This document shows, piece by piece, positions 49,359 through 58,541 of a stretch of 64,000 nt of DNA. Each line of letters opens with the position of its first letter. The stretch's first letter is position 1. A model generated the notes under the pieces. It did no database searches. It saw nothing but the letters and a program-made list of their open reading frames with translations, and was not told the DNA's origin. This stretch comes from Candidatus Poribacteria bacterium (GTDB taxonomy: Bacteria; Poribacteria; WGA-4E; WGA-3G), in NCBI GenBank assembly GCA_965205025.1, contig CBDBFU010000004.1, forward strand, positions 32,001 through 96,000, given 5' to 3'. The translations under genes and the position numbers were made by a program.

Positions 49359-50429
49359 CTAAAAGGAATATAACGCCATCACAGAAACTAACATACCCAA
49401 TTTGAAGGCATCATTCTCTTGATATGTTCCATCTGACAGTCTAACATTATCATCATAGAGGGTTTCCTGTTGTATTGGAAGCATGACTGTTATTGACAAT
49501 GGCACATTATATGGTGTTGCAATCGATGCTCCAAAAGATGCCAGACTAAATCGCAGCCCAGTATTGATGTCAATTTCTCCTGCCCAATGTGCATAGGACT
49601 GATACAACCCAAGATAACTTGCCTGAAGAGTTACCCAATTATTGACTATGTAATTCAATCCTGCTGTATAAGTGATATCCCAAGAACCTCGATAGGTTTT
49701 ACTGTTTTCATAGAAAGGGTATTTGCCTCTTACATTGAGATTCGCACTCAACCCCCCATAAACAGGTAAAATGTATCGAATATCACCTATGGGATTAAAT
49801 GTACCTGTTCCAAATTGTATATGTAGATGCTTCAACCCTTTGTCACCAAGTATCCACGGATCTTCTTCAGTCTTACCCAACGGTAGCGTTGTTCCAAACT
49901 TAGCAAATAGTGTATCGTGCTGCATTAATATACCATGTGTGGTATACCCTAAAAGAAGATCCATATCTGAAATACCGCGGTAGGTTTCGTTCCGATGATG
50001 GATGTCTTGATTACGTAACATTGCCTCTTTCTGCAAGCTATCAGCCGGTTCTACCTCAACAATATTCGCATCCTGACTTTTTATTTCATAAGGGAGAGCA
50101 GCTTCCAAACGCCAATCATTATTGATGTGATATTTTAAGCCAAAATCGAATCGGACTACATTCAACTTCACTTCATGACGGTGCAATGGTACTAAAATCA
50201 CATCGCCAGAAGGAGACAAACCTTTTGCTTCGTGGTGTCCACCTTGGGCATAAAATCCTCGCGTCCCAAAAGATACCTGGAATTTACTATTTTCTGAAGT
50301 TAACCTAACTTCACTTACCCCACCCTGAGGGATAGTGGGGTTGCTTCACGCACCTCAGCTTTCTTGGGCAAAACCGAGTGGAAGGAAAATAAACTGTAGT
50401 GTTATAAATAACAAAAAAAGAAGTCTCAT
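49359..50429 (-). CDS. His-rich outer-membrane beta-barrel; putative selenoprotein with N-terminal UxxU (356 aa)
   Basis: AAGGA RBS; ATG at 50429; signal peptide; in-frame TGA at 50357-50355 and 50348-50346; frame then continues without indel into the track ORF; QFGTGT motif; C-terminal YSF. Confidence 0.8.
50317..50341 (-). promoter_or_regulatory. candidate bacterial SECIS hairpin
   Basis: ACCCCAC-TATCCCTCAGG-GTGGGGT stem-loop starting 4 nt after the second TGA. Confidence 0.45.
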
Positions 50430-50542
50430 TATTTTTCCTTTGGAATTATATTAGTATGTATTTAACATTTTAGTTGTATATTGACACACTTGTAATCACT
50501 CAAAGTTCCCAAATCAGCATTGAGAGCATTACAATGAATTGT

Positions 50543-50676
50543 TTAGATTTAATGAAGATTAATTTACTAATTCGGTAACTTTCCTGTAAAGTCCGGTACG
50601 GTTAGGAAACCGCACCTACCGGGTTTGGGAAAGTAGAATTACCGAAATATTTACTTAATCCTCATACAATCTAAAT
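50543..50676. mobile_element. MITE-like element with REP hairpin
   Basis: Imperfect inverted ends TTTAGATT..ATGAAGATTAA..TTCGGTAA / TTACCGAA..TTAATCCTCAT..AATCTAAA around GGTTAGGAAACCGCACCTACC; a similar half occurs near 44971-45037. Confidence 0.55.
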
Positions 50677-50793
50677 ATACATGCTATATACATGATTTTA
50701 ACATATACAATCACAGTTGTCAAAATAGATTAATATGTAAATTAAATCTTCCCATAATACCGTTAGTGTACTGTATAACACCCTAAAATCATA

Positions 50794-50822
50794 TTGACAG
50801 GACAGAAATGATAACATATACT
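50794..50822 (+). promoter_or_regulatory. sigma70-type promoter
   Basis: TTGACA-N17-TATACT upstream of the DUF6807/ABC operon. Confidence 0.65.
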
Positions 50823-50884
50823 TTATCCTCAATCAACATTGATAATTTCATGATATAAAAGCAACAAATTTAAATGGAGAAATA

Positions 50885-51736
50885 ATGAGCAATTATGAGG
50901 TGTTTGTTAATGCTAAGACACATTTAGTAGTAGAGACTGATACCGGAAGATGTTTAGGAGGATTGGGTGCTAACTTCTACCGTCCCTTTGTGTTTCCATT
51001 TTATACACCTGCTGGACATACTGTTATTCAGGAATTCGCTTTTGACCATCCATTTCATAATGGTATATTTGTTGGGCAAGCACCAGTAAAAGTAGGAGAA
51101 CGTGAGGCTGGTTTTTGGGGTTCACCTCCCCGTCGTTCCTTTACAGATAAAGTATTCATAAATTTAGGTCGTATGGAAACACAGCAAGAGATTTCCATCT
51201 CTCCACATACAAACGGTGTTGAATTTGTACAGAAGGTTATTTGGCGGGATGAAAATGAAGAACCACTAATTGATGAAATTCGGACAGTAAATTTACACTC
51301 TGTTGAAGATGGAACTGTTTGTGACATGACAAGTGAGAAAACAGCTTCTTATGGAATAACAGAATACCCACAAACTAAATTTGGAAGCATCGGTATGCGT
51401 GTTGAACCCAGACTCTTACCTGTTATGGGAGGTATTGTACTCGCTGACAATAATCGTAAAGGCAAGGCAGAAGTTGTTCAGGAAAGTGATTCTGATTATG
51501 TCGCATACCAAAATCAGTTGCCTGGACACGGTGATTACGGTATTTTGATGACTATTCTTGATAAAGATATCCGTGGACCGTGGTTCATTCGAGATTACGG
51601 TATGGCACTCTATAATCCCACTTGGAGAGATTCAATTACAATACCTGAGAATGAAACATGGAAAATTGGTCTTAGGTTCGTTGCTTATGATGGCGCGTTA
51701 ACAACCGAGAGAGCAAATAACTGGTGTAGGGTTTAA
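50885..51736 (+). CDS. DUF6807 (so-called PmoA-family) beta-sandwich protein
   Basis: RPFVFPFYTPAG, DHPFHNGIF, WFIRDYG motifs; no TM helices. Confidence 0.75.
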   Translation: MSNYEVFVNAKTHLVVETDTGRCLGGLGANFYRPFVFPFYTPAGHTVIQEFAFDHPFHNGIFVGQAPVKVGEREAGFWGSPPRRSFTDKVFINLGRMETQQEISISPHTNGVEFVQKVIWRDENEEPLIDEIRTVNLHSVEDGTVCDMTSEKTASYGITEYPQTKFGSIGMRVEPRLLPVMGGIVLADNNRKGKAEVVQESDSDYVAYQNQLPGHGDYGILMTILDKDIRGPWFIRDYGMALYNPTWRDSITIPENETWKIGLRFVAYDGALTTERANNWCRV

Positions 51737-53332
51737 ATGAAAGAAAAAACTCTACTTGAGCTTCAAAATCTAACGAAGAATTTTGGCAACCTTGTTGCCG
51801 TTGAAAACGTAAATTTCCAACTTCAATCCGGTGAAATCCATGCAATTTTAGGGGAGAACGGTGCTGGTAAATCAACATTGATGAATCTAATCTATGGATT
51901 ATATCAGCCATCCGGTGGATCTATAAATATCTACGGTAAGAGAACTATACTTAGATCTCCGAGTGATGCAATTGCCCATGGAATTGGAATGGTACACCAA
52001 CATTTCATGCTTATTGAGAATCTCACAGTTGCTGAGAATATCGCTCTTAGTGTGGCAAAATTCGATCCGGCAAATCAAAAAAATACTTCCTCCGATTCTG
52101 ATATTGATTCCCTACCTAACAGTTTCGAATCCTCTATTAACCTAAGTAAGTTCCGTTATGATAAATCTGAAGCGACAAAATTAACTGAATCCTTATCACA
52201 ACGATTTAATCTCCCTGTTGAACCGAATACTCTTGTACGCAACCTCTCTGTAGGATTAAAACAACGAGTAGAAATCCTAAAAGCTCTTGCGGTAAATGCA
52301 CGTATATTAATTCTTGATGAACCAACAGCAGTTCTTAGTCCACATGAAGTTGAAGATTTCTTTGGTATACTTCGTACATTACAAGAGGATAACCGTTCAA
52401 TCATCTTCATTAGCCACAAGATGAAAGAAGTATTAGCAATAAGTGATCGCATTACCGTATTAAGACACGGAAAAAATGTGTATCACGGCAAAACAGGAGA
52501 ACTCTCTGCCCGTGGTCTTGCGAGAGAGATGTTGGGTGAGGAATTATCAGAAGTAATACGAGAAGAACATAAGGCATCGAGTGATCAAGTTCTCAACATC
52601 TCTGAACTTACGGTAAAGGGGAACCGAAGAGAAAACGCAGTAAAGAATCTATCATTGGAAACTCATCGTGGTGAAATCGTTGGAATAGCAGGTGTTGATG
52701 GGAACGGACAACGCGAATTAGCTGAGGCTATCTTAGGATTAAGACCTATTTCTTCAGGTACAATAGAAATTTTAGGAAAACAACCAACTAAGACAAAAGA
52801 TATACGCCAATGTGGTGTAGGTTATATTCCAGAAGATAGACGAACAAAAGGTGTGATACAGTCCTTTTCTATTGCTGAAAATTTATTGTTAAATTACAGA
52901 CATCTACATAATGTTGCACAAGGTGGCGTAATAAACCAAGTTTCGAAATATGATTTCTCACAAAACCTGATTGCCTCCTACGATATCCGTCCAACAATTC
53001 CAGATATTCCAGTATCAACCCTTTCTGGTGGGAATCAACAGAAAATTGTTCTTGCAAGGGAAATATCTCCACAACCCGAACTTCTCATCGCTGTAAACCC
53101 GACACGGGGTCTTGATATTAATGCAACGTTTTTTGTTCACAAGAAATTACTTGCACAACGTGACAAAGATAAATCTGTGCTCTTAATCTCTACAGAATTG
53201 GATGAAGTACTACGTATCAGTGATAGAATATATGTCATATCCAGAGGAAGAATTATTGCAGCTACAGAACATCGAGATGATATTGAAGCATTAGGTTTAT
53301 TAATGACAGGGGAGTCGGATAGGGATGTATAA
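51737..53332 (+). CDS. nucleoside/sugar (CUT2-type) ABC transporter ATPase
   Basis: GENGAGKS, GIGMVHQHF, LSVG.KQRVEI, IPEDR, LSGGNQQK, PTRGLD. Confidence 0.93.
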   Translation: MKEKTLLELQNLTKNFGNLVAVENVNFQLQSGEIHAILGENGAGKSTLMNLIYGLYQPSGGSINIYGKRTILRSPSDAIAHGIGMVHQHFMLIENLTVAENIALSVAKFDPANQKNTSSDSDIDSLPNSFESSINLSKFRYDKSEATKLTESLSQRFNLPVEPNTLVRNLSVGLKQRVEILKALAVNARILILDEPTAVLSPHEVEDFFGILRTLQEDNRSIIFISHKMKEVLAISDRITVLRHGKNVYHGKTGELSARGLAREMLGEELSEVIREEHKASSDQVLNISELTVKGNRRENAVKNLSLETHRGEIVGIAGVDGNGQRELAEAILGLRPISSGTIEILGKQPTKTKDIRQCGVGYIPEDRRTKGVIQSFSIAENLLLNYRHLHNVAQGGVINQVSKYDFSQNLIASYDIRPTIPDIPVSTLSGGNQQKIVLAREISPQPELLIAVNPTRGLDINATFFVHKKLLAQRDKDKSVLLISTELDEVLRISDRIYVISRGRIIAATEHRDDIEALGLLMTGESDRDV

Positions 53333-54410
53333 TCTCTTCTACATCTATCGAAAAGCAACATCCATTTGTTTACGTTATGCAAAGTACTATCGTTGGGTTA
53401 TAACACCTATCCTGATCCTTTCAGCCGCATTTCTAACAAATGGAATTTTACTGGTATTGTGTGGATATAATCCTTTACAGGCTTATGCAACAGGAATTAC
53501 AGGGGCATTCGGAACTGCCCACGGATTAGGTGAGACCTTAGTAAAAAGTATACCGTTTCTTATGACAGGTCTCTCCGTTGCGATTGCGTTCAGATGTGGA
53601 ATTTGGAATATCGGAGCAGAAGGACAATTTCTAATTGGCGCATTAGCTGGAACTTGGTTTGGGACTAAGGGAGTATACCTATTACCTAACATCCCGTGGG
53701 TGGCAATACCGCTCTGCATGACCATTGCAATTCTTGGTGGTGGAATATGGGGGGCAATCCCGGGTGTTCTCAAGGTTACACGTGGCGTCAATGAAGTAAT
53801 TAGTACGATTATGTTAAATTACGTTGCCTTATACCTTGTGAGTGCTATGGTCGATGGTGGTCCACTACAGGAAATATCGAGAACAGGACCACAAAGTGAT
53901 CCAATTGCTAAGTGGGTATTTCTACCTCGTATTTTCCCCTCATCAAGGATACATATAGGTATCCTCATTGCAATAATATCAGCAATTATACTAACATTTG
54001 TATTGTTTAGAACGTCTTTCGGATATCAGATCCGGGCAGTAGGTGAAGGGGCATCGGCAGCAGAAGCAGCAGGGATTTCTATTCCTCTTAACACTCTGCG
54101 TGTTTTTTTTATTAGCGGAGCATTAGCAGGACTTGGAGGAGCTATAGAACTCATGGCACTTGCACCCCAACTTACAACAACTTTTTCTCCTGGATACGGT
54201 TATACTGCAATTGCTGTCGCTTTATTAGCAAAGTTACATCCACTTGTAACCATCGCATCATCGCTATTATTTGGAGCTCTCACAATGGGTTCCTATGCAA
54301 TGCAACTAAACATAAGAATCTCCAATAAGGTCACCTGGATGATGCAGGCAATAATTTTACTTTTTGTTATCGGATCAAGTTCGTTTAAATTACTCAGTAA
54401 ACGAGAATAG
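53325..54410 (+). CDS. ABC transporter permease
   Basis: NIGAEGQ, NEVISTIMLNY, GYGYTAIAVALL. Confidence 0.92.
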   Translation: MYNLFYIYRKATSICLRYAKYYRWVITPILILSAAFLTNGILLVLCGYNPLQAYATGITGAFGTAHGLGETLVKSIPFLMTGLSVAIAFRCGIWNIGAEGQFLIGALAGTWFGTKGVYLLPNIPWVAIPLCMTIAILGGGIWGAIPGVLKVTRGVNEVISTIMLNYVALYLVSAMVDGGPLQEISRTGPQSDPIAKWVFLPRIFPSSRIHIGILIAIISAIILTFVLFRTSFGYQIRAVGEGASAAEAAGISIPLNTLRVFFISGALAGLGGAIELMALAPQLTTTFSPGYGYTAIAVALLAKLHPLVTIASSLLFGALTMGSYAMQLNIRISNKVTWMMQAIILLFVIGSSSFKLLSKRE

Positions 54411-54458
54411 TATACACATAACCGTTATACAATAAACAATTTTTTTGGGAACAGTACT

Positions 54459-55394
54459 TTGGATTTATTGGAAGAGTTAATAGCATCAACATTAAGAGGG
54501 GCTACACCCTTATTAATTGCTGCCTTGGGAGAGGTGATTTCACAGCGCGCGGGTGTAATTAATATAGGTATAGAAGGTATGATGCTGATTGGTGCATTTT
54601 TTGGATTAGTTGCATCATATTTTACTGCGGAACTAATCTTTTTTGCTCCATGGATTGGACTCTTCGTGGCAGGTTTAAGTGGTTTAATTACCGCTGGTCT
54701 TTTTGTTGTTTTCGCTATAAAGCTTCGTGGAGATCAAGTTGTAATTGGTACGGCAATTACATTGCTCGCATTAGGATTAACGGAAGTACTGTACCAACGT
54801 ATTTTTGGTGGGACCGGAACACCACACAATATTCCTTATTTTGAGAAAATAGACCTGCCCTTACTCTCGCAGATCCCGTTTTTAGGCAATACACTATTTT
54901 CCCATAATATCATCGTATTTTTAGCATTCTTGTTTGTACCGGTCATATATTTTTACTTATATCATACACAACAAGGCTTAAGAGTACGGGCATGTGGTGA
55001 ACACCCCAAAGCTATTTCTACAGTTGGTTCGAATGTATCTCTAATTCGAACTGCCTGCTTATTATTTGCAGGAACAATGGCAGGAATTGGTGGAGGTTAC
55101 TTGTCACTTGCAGATGTTCCGATATTTACACCAAATATGACAGCGGGTCGCGGATTCATTGCATTGGCAATCGTTATTTTTGGGAAATGGCATCCAGTAA
55201 AAGCTTGTGCTGCAGCGCTCCTGTTTGGTCTCGGTTTTGCCCTTGATGCCCGATTTCAAGCATTTGGATGGAATGTTCAATATCAGTGGTTCTTGATGCT
55301 GCCTTTTGTATTGTGTTTAGTTGTAATGTCTGGATTTGTGGGACGTTCTGAAGCACCACTTGCATTAGGGAAACCGTACGACCCGTCTGAGTAG
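54459..55394 (+). CDS. ABC transporter permease
   Basis: AGVINIGIEGMML, RACGEHP, GRGFIALAIVIFGKW, ALGKPY. Confidence 0.92.
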   Translation: MDLLEELIASTLRGATPLLIAALGEVISQRAGVINIGIEGMMLIGAFFGLVASYFTAELIFFAPWIGLFVAGLSGLITAGLFVVFAIKLRGDQVVIGTAITLLALGLTEVLYQRIFGGTGTPHNIPYFEKIDLPLLSQIPFLGNTLFSHNIIVFLAFLFVPVIYFYLYHTQQGLRVRACGEHPKAISTVGSNVSLIRTACLLFAGTMAGIGGGYLSLADVPIFTPNMTAGRGFIALAIVIFGKWHPVKACAAALLFGLGFALDARFQAFGWNVQYQWFLMLPFVLCLVVMSGFVGRSEAPLALGKPYDPSE

Positions 55395-55401
55395 TCATTT
55401 C

Positions 55402-58400
55402 CTAATAGGGAGTTCCTACACGTATATAGAAAGTATTAATTGGAACATTCGGTACTGTAATTATCGGTACCGCGTAATCGATCCCGCCAATAAATGGACC
55501 AAGATCTAACCTTAATCCAACACCTACCGATGAAGGTAACCATTCAAACTTAACATCCTCAAAAGTATCCCACACATTTCCTGAATCAAAAAATAAAACT
55601 CCATCAAATGGTGCAAAAATGGGGAAACGTAACTCAGTATTAAAGATAAACTGTATATTTCCACGGTGCTTTCCCGTACTATCCACTGGTCCAAGTCCAC
55701 GTTCCTCATAACCGCGTACAGTTGTACTACCACCTGCCCAGAAGCGTTCAAACGAGATTAATTCTGAATCTTGATCTTCCTCTTGTAAACCTGTGGTGAT
55801 GCCTATTCGGATAGCTGGTGCAAGTACAAAACCACGGTCGTTTAACAACCGATGTGCACGAAAGTCAGCAATTGTCTTAATAAAACTACTTTTACCACCC
55901 AGAAAACCTCCAGCATATTCCACAGTTACCTCATTCAACATACCTGACTTAGGATTAATAGGTGGTATCCGATTATCGTGTCTCCATAGTAAACGTAAAC
56001 TGCTAACTGTAGTTGACGGATTAATAACTGATGTAGTTTCTGATGTATCTTTTAGTCCTCTGTAACTATACTCAAAATTAAAACGATGCGAATCATATAA
56101 TCTTCTACTAAGAGTAAAACTTCCTTGCAATGCTCTGACACCGTCATCTTCTTCTAATTTCCTTCCAAGAAATTGCAGACTCCCACTTGTCCTCCCTAAT
56201 AGCCACGGCTCTGTGAGTGTTGTATCATAAAGATAACCTCGTGTCCCCCACCTGCCACGTAACCGAAACCTATTATTACGTTTTAATAGGTTAACATGAC
56301 TTAATGAGATCGTACCTCTCGGACCATCAGAAGAACTATATCCGATACTTGCACCGTATGCTCCCGGTTTTCGTTTCTGTAATCGGATTAAGACATCTTG
56401 GTATATTGGTTGAGTGGATAAAAGACTCCCTGGATTTGGTTGTATATTTTGATATGTACTTCCTCCAAGGTCGGTTTGTGTTCTTCGTTTGGTTCGGATT
56501 CCTGGTTCAAAGACACCTGTGTTATTTAGGTTTTGAATGGCTTTACTCAGTTTTTCTGGTGTGAAAAGTGTTCCTTGAAGGTGTACGACTTCACGATCAA
56601 GGACAAATTGTCTAACACCCGCGTCTCCAGCAAATAAAATTTCACCAAATCCTATCTTGTCCCCTTCATTAATCTCAAAATGAACCACACCATGTTCAAA
56701 TACAGATAGGGTAGTGTGTCCCTGTTTTAAGGTATAACGAGGGTTACCATTAATATCTTGAATACTCCACTCATCACCGAGACTGGTAGCGATGTATGTC
56801 CCCGAAAGTGATAGATGATGTTTTTGGAATTCTTCTGTAATTTCATTCGGAACTAATCCTGAATTCAACATCTCAGAAAAATTTCCATCAATTTGAAAAA
56901 CAGGAGTTATCATTTTATCTATATATTGTGTGTTCGGTGGATTTATAATTTCAACGTCCATATACCCATGATCCTGGTATACTTTCAGAATAGCGTTCTG
57001 AAAGCTTTTTAGTATTAAAGGAGCATTAGGCTGAGGGAGTTTGCTTGGTAGGGCATTAAGAAGAGTAGCAGTATCAAGTGCATTGTTACCTGAGAAAACA
57101 CATCGGTTAATTACCTCTTTGCGATCTTCAAAAACTATCAGATGGATCGAAACTTCACCAAACTTGCTGTTCTTAGGTATTCTTTTGTCCAGTTGTTGTA
57201 CTCTGATAGATGCTTTAGGGTAACCTGCTTTTTGATACAATATTCGTAATCTTTCAAGATCTTGTGTTAATTCTTGCTGAGTGAATATATGTTTACGAAA
57301 TAGTTGGATTGCTATATGAGAAGGTTTGGTATCAATTTCTCGTAACAATTCCTGTTCACTAAACGCAAAATTCCCTTCAATGATAATGTCTTTAACTATA
57401 TATCTTTGACCTTTAGTAACAGTAAATTTAATATGTAGAGGAGAGTTCGTTAATTTCTCCCATTCTACTGTTGTATTGTCATAGCCTTTTGCCTTAAAAT
57501 GAGACTGCACGGTTTGCGACCATAGAGTTTCAGAATTCAGATACGTAATAATCCTATTTCTAAGAAGATCTTTCTCTGATTCACCTGTAATGACACCTAT
57601 TTGTTTGAGTACATTCCGAACAATAAAATCAGAGAATATCATTTTTCCACTTTCATCTACAAATTCAAGTAATAACTGTGTGCCTTCAACTATCTTGATA
57701 GTTAGTAGTCCTGTTTCCTTGTTAAAGTCGGCAACTATATCACTATTAGGATAGTACTTCTCTTTATAGAAATCTTGAATTGCTAAGATTGCATCATTTA
57801 CATCGGATTTACGATATACTTCTCCAATAAACTCTCCTGCGACCCCCTTAAGATATTCAGAGAATACTGTTGAATTTCCTTGAAGATGGAATTTAGAGAT
57901 AATTGTTGGACTCCCCAAGTCAATCTGATATGTTAAAATCCCAGTATCTGTTTCTGTAATTATCTCTATCTGGCTATTAAAGTATCCATTATCCGCACAC
58001 ACTTCCTTAATCGAACTTTCATCTCTCTTAGCAATAGTTGGTAGATACATCCCACCAGGTTCCAATCTAATCGTATCTCGGATTGCTTTATTTAGTTCAT
58101 CTGAATCGACACCTATAAGTTTTATCGATTGAAGATGCATAACATTCTCTAATTCAAACTGCACAACAATCCCTTCAGATGTATCTTTGGTGTATACATT
58201 AATTTGTGAAAACTGATTTAAAGAATAGAGAGAATTTATACTCAGTTTTATTGCATTCCGGGAAAACTTTGAACCAAGCTCTATTTGTGTATGTTCTTTT
58301 AGAATGTTATGAATTTGGTCGTTAGTTACAGGTAGATTGTCTATGGTGTATTCAATCCTAACGACCTTTTTTGAGTGCAAGGAATGCTCTGTAGGATTTA

Positions 58401-58539
58401 TGGGTAGAACAGTAATGTTCTCCTCTGCTGAATAAGAATTCAAACAAAAGACACACTGGAATAACAGAATTATCCCTTGAAGAATATAAACCTTATCAGA
58501 CAGATAGGTAAAGGATCTTAACTTGGTGTTCAGACACAT
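55402..58539 (-). CDS. Omp85-family (BamA/TamA) outer-membrane protein with multiple POTRA domains
   Basis: POTRA repeats; FERFWAGGSTTVRGY; ELRFP; FFDSGNVW; directly downstream of tamB. Confidence 0.9.
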   Translation of the reverse strand: MCLNTKLRSFTYLSDKVYILQGIILLFQCVFCLNSYSAEENITVLPINPTEHSLHSKKVVRIEYTIDNLPVTNDQIHNILKEHTQIELGSKFSRNAIKLSINSLYSLNQFSQINVYTKDTSEGIVVQFELENVMHLQSIKLIGVDSDELNKAIRDTIRLEPGGMYLPTIAKRDESSIKEVCADNGYFNSQIEIITETDTGILTYQIDLGSPTIISKFHLQGNSTVFSEYLKGVAGEFIGEVYRKSDVNDAILAIQDFYKEKYYPNSDIVADFNKETGLLTIKIVEGTQLLLEFVDESGKMIFSDFIVRNVLKQIGVITGESEKDLLRNRIITYLNSETLWSQTVQSHFKAKGYDNTTVEWEKLTNSPLHIKFTVTKGQRYIVKDIIIEGNFAFSEQELLREIDTKPSHIAIQLFRKHIFTQQELTQDLERLRILYQKAGYPKASIRVQQLDKRIPKNSKFGEVSIHLIVFEDRKEVINRCVFSGNNALDTATLLNALPSKLPQPNAPLILKSFQNAILKVYQDHGYMDVEIINPPNTQYIDKMITPVFQIDGNFSEMLNSGLVPNEITEEFQKHHLSLSGTYIATSLGDEWSIQDINGNPRYTLKQGHTTLSVFEHGVVHFEINEGDKIGFGEILFAGDAGVRQFVLDREVVHLQGTLFTPEKLSKAIQNLNNTGVFEPGIRTKRRTQTDLGGSTYQNIQPNPGSLLSTQPIYQDVLIRLQKRKPGAYGASIGYSSSDGPRGTISLSHVNLLKRNNRFRLRGRWGTRGYLYDTTLTEPWLLGRTSGSLQFLGRKLEEDDGVRALQGSFTLSRRLYDSHRFNFEYSYRGLKDTSETTSVINPSTTVSSLRLLWRHDNRIPPINPKSGMLNEVTVEYAGGFLGGKSSFIKTIADFRAHRLLNDRGFVLAPAIRIGITTGLQEEDQDSELISFERFWAGGSTTVRGYEERGLGPVDSTGKHRGNIQFIFNTELRFPIFAPFDGVLFFDSGNVWDTFEDVKFEWLPSSVGVGLRLDLGPFIGGIDYAVPIITVPNVPINTFYIRVGTPY

Positions 58540-58541
58540 TA

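Noticed and set aside
50346-50357. Genome-wide UGA reassignment (Trp or Gly) as the explanation for the in-frame TGAs
   Set aside because: Other long genes have no in-frame TGA, use TGG for Trp, and some end in TGA (res, xylF).
50885-51736. Methane monooxygenase subunit A
   Set aside because: Soluble DUF6807-type protein without TM helices; no pmoB or pmoC.
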